From Perna viridis (Eukaryota), in NCBI GenBank assembly GCA_037379345.1, contig CM074512.1, positions 61,959,597 through 62,023,596 of the forward strand: a stretch of 64,000 bases of DNA, read 5' to 3'. Position numbers and translations under genes: made by a program. Below are positions 52,156 to 62,215 of this stretch, piece by piece. Each line of letters opens with the position of its first letter. The first letter of the stretch is position 1. The notes beneath the pieces were generated by a model. It ran no database searches. It was given only the letters and a program-made list of their open reading frames with translations, and was not told the origin of the DNA.

Positions 52156-53603
52156 GGAAAACAAACCAAACTGATAAAAACGGCTGTACATTATTGTAAG
52201 TCTTATTGCTTTTAGTGATTTATACCCTTCTGGGAACTATCAAAAGTTAAAGAAGTATTACATTTGATGATAACTATATTGAATAAGTAGAAGTTTATGT
52301 CACCACTATTTTTTAGATATGTCTTGATTCCTATATGTATATGGAAATGAAAATAACAGTACAAACTCTGAATATTAGGGAAGAAGTATGGTAATATATA
52401 ATACTGTTACAATAGTATTATATTAAATGGTTTCAAATGACTTAGCATTAAATTCTTTCTGTTGGAGGTCAATTTACAATGGGGTGGCATCATGGTCTAC
52501 CTATTAGAAAGTTACCACTTCTGATAATCCTAAGGTTGTCATTTTCCAATGTTGTGTAGCGAAAAAGTTCCTCAGGCAAGTCATACCTGCTGGCATTGCA
52601 TTAGAAAGTTCCTCAGGGAAGTTGTGTATCTGCTTGTTTTGACTAAGCAAACTCCTCAGTTAAGTCACACTTGCTCATTTTTACTGAGAGAGCTCCTTAG
52701 GCAAATTATGCTTGCTTATTTTAATTGTAGTCTCCTTGCGAGAAAGCTACTTAGGTAAATCCCTAAAAGCTCTGTAAAGTTAAATACTGCACGCAAGTAT
52801 TCCTTCGTCCAACCTTTGGATGTTTTATTACGCTCAACCATTATTCATATTCCAATACACTTTGAATTACAATGAGGTATAAGTCTGAGGTATGAACCAT
52901 GAGGTTTACAAAGGTTGAGTGAGTATGGCATTTGGAGAACAACCCTTTTCTTTGGGGTTTATCAAGTTAATGATGTTGGGGTCAGATTTTATTTGTTTAA
53001 ACTTATCTTTTACTACAGTAAAACTTGCCAAAACCAAACCCAAAAGATCCGAAAACCTGACTGAACCCAACACTTTTTTAAGTCTTTTTATCTCAGTATA
53101 CATGTGTTTCCAACCTGGGTAAACTGAGAACCTGTCTAAACCAAACCAGTCTGAAAGAAGTTCAATTTAGTCAGGATGAATAGTGCAATCATGAAGAATT
53201 ACTGTGACCAATACTTATACTAATCAGTTATATAACAACCATATTGTGTAGCAGACAGAAGTGCTACTCCCTTAGCCATCTTGTTGCTAATCAATAGAAC
53301 TTCTATAATAGATGAAGTTGATTCAGCTTTGGTAATAGCATTACTTTAAATACTGCCAAGTCAAGAAACTATGATGTCAGAGTAAATGGAAATATATAAA
53401 TTATTAACATAGTGAGTTACATCTCTGGGTGATTTGTTGTTTTAAAGGTGTTATCCTCCTTAGGTTTTCTATTACTCTGGAGGCTCGTAGAAAATATAAA
53501 GAAATGAGGATTGCCTGGCAATTGTGTAATAGTGTTAATATGGAAAATGATAGAGGTATTGTACAAGCAGTGTACCGGGAAACTTAAATTTTTCAATGTT
53601 ACA

Positions 53604-53780
53604 TCAGGGGTGATTCCAGTATTTTTTTAAAGGGAGGTTTTGATTCAGAAAATTAAAAAAGGGGTTCCAGACTATAATTAGCCCATTTTTAATCCTGATT
53701 TTGTTGATAGAATTAACCAAATTTTCCAACTAAGGTAGTGGTTTGAAAGCCTTAGAACCCTCCTTTTGAATCCACTACTG
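53604..53780. mobile_element. hAT-like MITE (CAGGGG.GGATCCAG...GGATCC.C.ACTG family); relatives at ~7684, 8043-8172, 10322-10487 and 58908-59064
   Basis: degenerate terminal inverted repeats; TSDs not clear. Confidence 0.55.
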
Positions 53781-55582
53781 TACACTCCATGGCAGTTGAA
53801 ATTTCATACATATCTTATTTGGTTACATCATCTTCTCTATTGTCAGTGCTTAGTTGTAATCTTCTGGTGACAGTGATTTGAATCAAATAATAATTTTTGA
53901 ATCAGATCAACCCCAAATGGACCCAGAATAGGGAAGGGGATAGACATGTGTGACATTAGGACACTTGGGCCTACTTCAAAACTTTATCCATTGGATACCA
54001 TGGGTAGATTGTACTAGACTTCTCCAGTTGATAAATTTTGTCCAGCATATAAATCTGTTGAACAATCAGACCCAATACTCTTCATTGAAATGAGTTTTGA
54101 TATTGGCTAGATTTAGTCATAATAACAAAATTTGACTTATTGCATACAAATTTGAATATGATTACAAAATATAATAAAATAGGTGATAGTTATGTCAATT
54201 GCATATCATTAAAATTTCCGCATGTGAACATGATACTTATTTCATTATATAAAAATGGAAGGCTTATTATTGATAATTCACTGTAGGCATAAATAGTTAA
54301 CTGCTATTATCCTGTTACATCACTTAAATTTCATGGAATTTATGTTTTGATCATGTGAGTACTGTCTGGTTTTATATTTATTGAATGTTTCAATTTATTT
54401 TTATAATTTTTATATTTTAAATGTTTTGTTAATAAGTGAGACTGGAAAAGTAGCAGAAAAGATTTGAAAGCTCCATGAAAATTAGAACTTGTGGTTAGTT
54501 GTTGTCCTAATGAAAAATTGGGCTTTGTGAATCAGAAACATTTCAACATCCTCCTCCATCAAGTCAGTTAACCTGAGGACTATTTTTTATAGAAAAACAC
54601 CAGGGTTACAAAAAAGAAACTGAACTAGAAAAAGTTTTCCTTGTACTATATAATAATGTGGAAACAATATCATCCTCAAGAGATTTAGCTTTTCACCATT
54701 CTCACCTTTCTAAAAGGTACTTGTAAAAAATCTTGAGGAAATGATATTTTACAGGGTTTATTCATGAATTATATCTTGGCCCTATTTTTTTGTTGATCAA
54801 TGAACTAAATCTTGACCCTGAATCTGATTGATTAACAATGTCCAGTGAAGATATGGACAAGATATTAATTCTATGATATAATGGTGCCTGACAGATTTGT
54901 GTACCAATTATTGATGTATTGAAACATTGGAAGATTTGTGATGTTATGGTAGTGTATCAACATGATTTTGTCCTTGTAAATTGATCAAGGTCATCTAAGG
55001 TCATGGCTGTTATTTGCTGCTTGGTTATCAATCATATTGTAGCAATTTGATAAGGATAGAAAATTAGAAAGTGAAAAAATAGACAGAACCTATTGTTTTT
55101 AAATTATGTCATTAAAATAGAAAATTAGCAATAGTGAAAATATACACATCCAATCATACTAAAATTATGTCATTGAAATAGAAAATCAATAATAAAGTAT
55201 TTTTTGTCTGAATCTTAGCAATTACCCAGTAGCCATATACATGTACTTCTAGTGTACCCAAAGTGCTGGTTAAAATCTAGTTTATATTTAATGAAATTTT
55301 TAAACTTGTGCCATCTAATCAGTATTAAACCAAAAATTGTTGTCTAACTGAAAGAGAAAGTACTATATTTATGAATTATTAATTTGTGTTAGACTTTTTG
55401 TCCTTTAAATGGATTTCTTTGTCAAATTTGATGTTGTTGCAGTTGAAATTAACTGATAAATCCTGAAGTTAAAACTATAGTGTTGATTTAATTAACTTTG
55501 TGACTGAAATTATTTCATTGTAGATCTCTGGTTGAATCCCTACCTTTACATTCCTCTAAACCAGAAAGCTTTTATTTTTCAG

Positions 55583-55739
55583 GGAACCAAGAAGAGTAAG
55601 ATTAAAGAAAGGCTCAACTGGACTAGGTTTTAACATTGTAGGAGGAGAAAATGGGGAGGGAATATTTATATCATTTATACTGGCTGGGGGACCAGCAGAT
55701 CTCTGTGGTGAGCTGAGGAGAGGAGACCAGATTCTTACA
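55583..55739 (+). CDS. dlg1: dlg1 exon (R)[55 protein letters not shown]3
   Basis: tttttcag|G GAA...ACA|gtaagt; PDZ3 signature [26 protein letters not shown]. Confidence 0.97.
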
Positions 55740-55886
55740 GTAAGTAGATTTGTTGAGATACTGTTAATTTAAAATACATAAAAGAAAAATATCAAGCTGA
55801 ATATTGGGAAACTGGTTAAGGATCAGGACAAATTTTGTATTTGTTATAAGATTTAGACTATTTTCATCATTTCTCAGTCGTAGAAT

Positions 55887-56015
55887 TCTTTCTTCATATA
55901 TTCCCTTTGATACTACTTGTCATATTCGTTCTTCATACATTCCTTTGATACTACTTGTCATATTTGTTCTTAATACATTACCTTTGATACTACTTGTCAT
56001 ATTCATTCTTCATAC
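55887..56015. repeat. ~39-bp tandem repeat x3
   Basis: CCTTTGATACTACTTGTCATATT units. Confidence 0.85.
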
Positions 56016-56139
56016 AGATCAGAATACAAATGTATATAACACTCACTTGATTTTCACAGTTTTTATCACAGACTTGAATTTTAGATTATAATCTTATTGA
56101 AAAGAAATAATGTGATCTCATTCAGACTGTATAAATCCT

Positions 56140-56560
56140 CCTTCCTGTAACAATATCTCCCCAGGTTTTGATGTCTCAGGTGCTAAGTCATATGGTTACT
56201 TGTGTGCGGAGTGTTGGCAATCTTTCTAGTTCTACCTGTAATCATATTTCTTCAGGTTTGGATGTCTCTGGTACTAAGTCATATGGTAATTGGAGTGGGG
56301 AGTGTGGGTATCCTTTCTAGTTCTTACTGTTATGATTTCTCCCCAGTTTTGGATGTCTCTTATACTGTTACTTATGGTTACTAGAGTGGGGTGTGGGGTA
56401 TCTCCTAGTGAAATTTACTCAGTTTTTATAGCTCTTCCTACAATATCACCGTAGGTCTGGATGTCTTATTGCTGATAAATAGATAAAATATTAGTATATG
56501 TACACTGTATTTTGCCTGTAACAATATCTCCTTATAAATGAATGTCTCGGATACTGTTTT
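56140..56560. repeat. ~90-bp degenerate tandem repeat running into the acceptor of exon 56563
   Basis: recurring CCTGTAACAATATCTCC...GATGTCTC...TACTGTT/ATGGTTAC. Confidence 0.75.
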
Positions 56561-56562
56561 AG

Positions 56563-56665
56563 GTAAATGGAGAAAACATCAGTATGTGTACACATGAAGA
56601 AGCTGCCGGTATACTGAAAGCAGCTGGTGATACTGTTATGTTAGAAGTACAGTATAGACCAGAAG
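56563..56665 (+). CDS. dlg1: dlg1 exon VNGENISMCTHEEAAGILKAAGDTVMLEVQYRPE(E), PDZ3 C-half
   Basis: ttttag|GTA...G|gtaata; QYRPEE motif; phase 0-1. Confidence 0.95.
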
Positions 56666-56830
56666 GTAATATTGGGAAAAAATTAACTTTAAAGGTGTGA
56701 CTTTGGGATAAAGCTTATTGCTAGAGACAAGAATTTTTGGGGGGAAGTATTTTATAAATAATTCATAATTAAAATCTTTGGTGAGAACTTTTCCATTGAA
56801 GTTGAAGATGTAGCTGCTGATAGATTAGAG

Positions 56831-57160
56831 ACCTACGAAGACTTTTTGTATCACACTAGAACTCTAATAAATAGGCTTCTGGAACAGGGTTATGTTGCTT
56901 CAAGATTGAAGTCATCTTTACAGAAGTTTTATGGTCGTCATTATGAACTCGTGGATCGTTATGGTGTATCCATCTGCACCATGAAAACTGATTTATTCAA
57001 AGGGTCATAGTTTTCCTTTCCTCGTGTGTCTACCCCTGACTTGACTTTTTATGAGCAACTCTGCGGGTGTTTCTAGAAAAGCAGAGGACGCTTACCCTAC
57101 TGGTGCACCTGGTCCATGCTCCCAGTTTTTAGTGGAGTCCGAGTTGCTCATTTGCTTACA
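56831..57160 (+). mobile_element. 5'-truncated Penelope-like retroelement 3' end (RT C-terminal region and 3' structured tail)
   Basis: 56831-57010 reads TYEDFLYHTRTLINRLLEQGYVASRLKSSLQKFYGRHYELVDRYGVSICTMKTDLFKGS*, resembling the LKSSLRKFYGRH-type C-terminus I recognise from abundant bivalve RT elements (not searched). Confidence 0.75.
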
Positions 57161-57649
57161 AAAAGAATACAAAAGAATGTTTGGAAAATCACTGAATACT
57201 GTTCATGGAGAACAAGTTTTCATGGTTTTTGCGGTTTTGGTCAAACAAAGAATTCAAATTCCCAATGAATTGTTATGTTTAACTCACAACCATAATGATC
57301 TACATTTACAAGAATTTTCGAAGTAACTAAATTTTGACAAAACAATGAAAATTGATACCCACAAATAGTACTTTCACAGTAATTACAGTCTCTTGATGCA
57401 AGATCCTAATTATTATAGATTTGTTTCAGCTTTGGACAGGAATTAAACCAAACAAACCTATTGGTATTACCTAAGTCATTTTGAAATGTCACCCTTAAAA
57501 CATAAGCCTCATTTTTGTACTTGCTACATTCACTAAATTTTTTCGGATTATCATATAGCTTTATCATTAATGGGGGTTGAGATACTGTAATTAGATTCTG
57601 ATCAATAACAAATGATCCTCTTCCATTTGTTATATTTTCTCTGTTACAG

Positions 57650-57752
57650 AATACAATAGATTTGAAGCAAAAATACAAGATTTAAGGGAACAGATGATGA
57701 ACACAAGTACTGGAAGTTTACGGACAACACAGAAAAGAACACTCTTTGTCAG
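57650..57752 (+). CDS. dlg1: dlg1 exon (E)[33 protein letters not shown](R), PDZ3-SH3 linker
   Basis: gttacag|AA...AG|gtattg; Yx[14 protein letters not shown] motif. Confidence 0.97.
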
Positions 57753-58049
57753 GTATTGTTAGTGTTGTAGTAATAAGGCAGGAGGCTTCAGGAGAAAAAA
57801 ATACACATTTTGAAAAATTCCTTGAGAAAATAGTTTACTGGAATAAGTGTAAAAAATATTTAAGGATGGAGTGAATTGTTTGAATTTTGGTTAACTATGA
57901 TCATAGAGTGGTCTAGCCTATTAGATTAGTTTTGATTATATTTCAGGCATGATTTTCTTCCACTTTTTCAAATCAAGAATTTACTGTTTCTGTTCTTTTT
58001 TCTGCTTTTTTGGTTCACTACGTAAAACTATGTCTGAATTATTTTTCAG

Positions 58050-58226
58050 GGCATTATTTGACTATGATCCATCAAAAGACCATGGTCTTCCCAGTAAAGG
58101 GTTAGAATTCCATTATGGAGATATATTACATGTGACTAATGCCAGTGATGATGAATGGTGGCAGGCCAAGCGTGTAATGCCTGATGGGGAAGAGGAGGGC
58201 ATTGGTATTATACCCAGTAAAAGAAG
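58050..58226 (+). CDS. dlg1: dlg1 SH3 exon (R)[58 protein letters not shown](R)
   Basis: tttttcag|G...AG|gtattg; SH3 motifs; visible in ORF 57949..58233. Confidence 0.98.
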
Positions 58227-59116
58227 GTATTGATGTCAAACTATTTGTTTTCTGAAGTGCAACTTAGGCCCCCCCCCCAAAAAAAAAAAAAAAAAAAAAG
58301 ATGTCTGTTTAAGGTTATGTGGGATAAAAAAAAATAGGTTAGGTAGGTAAAATTATTTTATATAAAACACTTATGGGAGGATTTATTGACTTTAAAAGTC
58401 CTCAACTAAAATTGGTAGTTTAGCAGCTTTTTATTAAAAAAAAAACAAAAACAAAAACAATAAAATGTGCTAGGGTAGACAGAAAAAATAAGGTAAATAG
58501 GGTAACCTTAGACAGACAAAAGGTTCTTTTTCTCTGAGTTTAATTTTAACTTGAAGTGGAAGGAATTTTGGATATTAAATCTTCATATGTAAAAAATGCT
58601 GAATTACAAGTCAAATTCATATGTTTAGTTGAGAAATGTAGTTCTTTTCATCTGAATTTTGACTTATAAACTTGATATCTATATCCTACATTAATCTTTT
58701 GGAGGTGATATTAGACTTAGTGAGGAGAATCTTCGTGTTTTTTTACAAGAATAAGTTATGTTACACATGTTTAACATTATTTTAGACCAATATTTATATT
58801 TGACACCCAAAGTAATGTCTGTAAAAATTGACAATAAATGCCACCAATTCACTTACTGGTCTTATTTATAATCAAAACACCAAAGAATATTTGATATACA
58901 GCATTTGTGGATCCAGGAGAGTTGGCACTCCTCCTTTTCAATGGAAATTTGTCATTTCTATGCGTAAAAATGTTATAAAATAGTACAAGATGTCCTTGCA
59001 ACCCCCTTTTTTTGAGACCACAAGCTGGCATCCTTCTTTTTCAAAGTGTCGTGATCTGCTCCTGCACAGTGTCTTCAGTACTCATCTGGATTAGTTAGTG
59101 TTAATTTTTGTTACAG

Positions 59117-59189
59117 AGTTGACAGAAAGGAGAGAGCAAGATTAAAAAATGTCAAATTTACTGGTAGAAATACAACAAACACAGATAGA
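59117..59189 (+). CDS. dlg1: dlg1 HOOK exon (R)VDRKERARLKNVKFTGRNTTNTDR
   Basis: ttacag|A...AGA|gtaagt; matches the Dlg HOOK helix RVE.KERARLK.VKF; phase 2-0. Confidence 0.95.
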
Positions 59190-59709
59190 GTAAGTTATAC
59201 TTAGTCATCAGGGCTGTTTTACTGCTGTCTATACATATAAATTCCTGCAGTGATAAGTGGTGCAATTTATTTCTTTGCTTGAAATGGTAAAATTCAGATT
59301 TTCAACATCCCAGCTTTAGTGGAAATCCTAATTTTACCAGAGAGAGTGGAGAAATAATTAAAATGAAGAATAGGCCGAAGGAGAAATGGTTTCTCATATT
59401 AAATCTGTAAAAATGTAAAATGTCAGGGAAAACTATCACAGAAATTTAATCAACATCGGGTGGTTAAAAGTCTAAGTGCATTTTTAGTCACCATTTTAGA
59501 ATGGGAGATATAGGTATATATGTCCTGTAAATTTCTTTGTAACCCTTAGTAGGAAATGCTTTTGAATTCAGTATACAGATCCAGCTTGATGGGTTGTATT
59601 ATACAGACAAGAGTTACTTCCTGTTTTTTACCATACTGGTGTTAATTGTATGTTCACTTCATATTTCATCAGTTTCTGCATTTTTGTTGTCATTTGCTCT
59701 TTCTTAAAG

Positions 59710-59736
59710 CTGGAAATCTGTCGTCTATTCAACTAG
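59710..59736 (+). other. Candidate 27-nt microexon (LEICRLFN-stop in phase 0)
   Basis: long pyrimidine tract with TGC motifs, aag|CTG...TAG|gtaacg. Confidence 0.5.
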
Positions 59737-60166
59737 GTAACGCATTAATACAAAAATGTTTTTTTTTTTTTTTGGCAACAGTAACATTTTCTAATCTTAT
59801 TAATTTAAAAATTTTGTAGTAAACTGAAATTTGGTCTTTTTATTATATTAAAATGACTGGTTGGATCATTGTGGTCTTCTAAAGTTCTAATTGGTTGTAT
59901 TGTAGACTCCTAATTGTCTTGGTATAACAACAGAAAAATGAAGCCAACAGAGATTGTATTTTCTGTCTTCACTGAGTGGATGTCCTATTGGCTTTTCTGC
60001 AGTCAAGGTTGTGCTTTGGTTTTCTAAAGTTTATTTTTATCAGAATTAAGACACTTTTCGGAGGCACTAGGTACTTTTAGGAACAGTAACATAAGTGCAA
60101 CATACTCCTTGCTATTAAAAAAAACCTCACAAATTTCAATTAAGTACATGTTTTATATTTGAGCAG

Positions 60167-60275
60167 AATTTATCAGCACAGGACAAAAAGAAGAAAAACT
60201 TCTCATTTTCAAAGCGGTTCCCATTTATGAAAAGCAAAGATCAGAGCGGCAGTGAAGACATTAGTGCTGATGAAC
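60167..60275 (+). CDS. dlg1: dlg1 I3-like insert NLSAQDKKKKNFSFSKRFPFMKSKDQSGSEDISADE
   Basis: gagcag|AAT...C|gtaagt; resembles the Dlg I3 / protein-4.1-binding motif KKNxFSRKFPF; phase 0-1. Confidence 0.93.
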
Positions 60276-61745
60276 GTAAGTACCTCCACTTTGAAGAGCT
60301 TTGTTCATTTATTTCCTTCATATTGGAGAACTTATTACATTGATTACCTCCAAACTGGATGTATCACTAACATGTATTTTTTTATATTCAATTATTTATG
60401 TTACACTTTACAAATTTTCTTAAAGTGTATAGTCCACAGAAAAATGTTTTGCATCAAACAGTTTTTTTGTTTGTTTGTTTTTTTTTTTTTCAGTTTAAGG
60501 ATGTTCCGTGCCCTGTTTAAGACTAATATGGATTAGAAATAATTGTTGAGTCATTGTGCTCGTTTTTGCTATATAGGCATTTGAAATTGCTTTCTCTTGA
60601 TTTTGCATAGGTCTTTTCTTAGTAGATGTATATTGAAAACCAAAAAAATTAACAATAATTTCATAAAACTTCTCGAGTAACATTTAAATGAAATTATGAA
60701 AGAAAAGTGGGGGTCACTGTGCAAATAATATTTATGATATGAAATGGAAAAATCAGAGAAGTCAGAAAATCTGACAAAAATGTCTAAATATGAGCAGCAA
60801 ACATCATTAACACTTTTCGCAAGTGAAACCCTGCTAGGGATGTGAAGGTCTTACAAATAAATTCTTGAGTATTCTTTCAATGTGAACATTATGCAGAAAA
60901 AATGGAATTCCAGTCAATTTTGATTTGAAATCTTGGAATTTGAGCATGGAATGATGTACAAGAATGAGATATAAAATTAGGTTAAAAAGAAATGTACACA
61001 GAAGATATTGTAACATACGTTTTTCATGTGTTTAAGACCAATAGGGAAATCATTTGCAAAATATATGAAGAAAAAATGCTCGTAAAAAACATTGAGTAAA
61101 ATATATTTTCCAGACCTGATTTTCTTGTGTTTCAAAGAAGAAATACACTTTTCAAGTCTTGGTTTTATTTTATGATTCTTTTTTAGTGTATATTTTCTTC
61201 TGGTTTTGCTAATTTTCTCTTTGTGTGTTGACCTCATAAAATCAGATTTGATTTTTTTGGGTTTTTTTTCAATTAAGACATTTTTGTTTCATATGATTTG
61301 GGGAAAAAAAATGTCAAAATTTAATGCTGAAAAACATCTCATATTTCTGTATCCCTGGCACGTTTCCATATGCCTACAACATATGAAAATGTTGTTGCAA
61401 TTTTCCTTGTGTATTAGAATAATTTTATATATATATATATTTAGGTACAAGTATATAGTAGTTATTACCATCTAGCTAAGCATGAGTGTTAAATGATAAG
61501 TAGTATCTTGTAAACAAAGTTAAAAGTATTCTCGAACGTCACAAGTATATATAGCGGGTTAGGTTGAAAAAACATAAAAAAAATTTAAACATGTTGGTGA
61601 CAAATTCATTATCAACCAGGTATCTTCTTTGAAGTTTTTGTCATTAGCTTTGTCCTGTATATTTTTCTCATTAAATATGGAAGCCTGGTGTGATTATGTT
61701 GCAGTAGATTTCAATGTCAAACCTTATTTTGTTTTGTTTATACAG

Positions 61746-61751
61746 CTGAAG
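61746..61751 (+). CDS. dlg1: Candidate 6-nt microexon CTGAAG (phase 1-1, completes P and adds E)
   Basis: ttattttgttttgtttatacag|CTGAAG|gtaaac; phase fits the I3 exon end. Confidence 0.5.
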
Positions 61752-61964
61752 GTAAACATATTTTCTTTGTTAAATGTAGAACATAAAACAACATCTTCTG
61801 TCTGCTTTTGCTATAATGTAGTAACAATCTGCTTTTACTGTGCACAAAGTTGAAAATGAAACTGAGTCTTTTCTTTGGCTTTGTGTAAAAATGTTGCAAT
61901 ATCTCCTTCTATTATTACATTTGTAGCCTGATATCATCCTTATTTCAGGATTGTTTCTTCTCAT

Positions 61965-62215
61965 TGTAGTTTGAAATATCTCTCAATCACTGTATTGGTC
62001 TATAGTATTGTTGCTAGGTTTCAAATGTCTCTCAATCACTGTGTTGGTCTATAGTATTGTTGCTAGGTTTCAAACGTCTCTCAATCACTGTATTTGTCTA
62101 TACTATTGTTGCTAGGTTTCAAATGTCTCTCAATTACTTCCTTGGTCTGTAGTCTTGTTGCTAGGTTTCAAATGTCTCTCAATTACTTCCTTGGTCTTTA
62201 GTCTTGTTGCTAGGT
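61965..62215. repeat. 49-bp tandem repeat x5
   Basis: TTGCTAGGTTTCAAATGTCTCTCAATCACTGTGTTGGTCTATAGTATTG. Confidence 0.94.

Larger units (their letters stand above)
13804..60275 (+). other. dlg1: Discs large homolog (dlg1/SAP97-like MAGUK), partial gene span; 5' (L27) and 3' (GUK) exons outside the window
   Basis: 14 exons joined by hand with consistent phases give three GLGF PDZ domains, an SH3 (ALFDY..WWQA..IPSK) and HOOK/I3, in the canonical Dlg order. Confidence 0.97.

Noticed and set aside
52780-52910. Small CpG patch with ATG AG|gtataa (an MR first exon)
   Set aside because: Weak donor, within degenerate repeats; insufficient evidence
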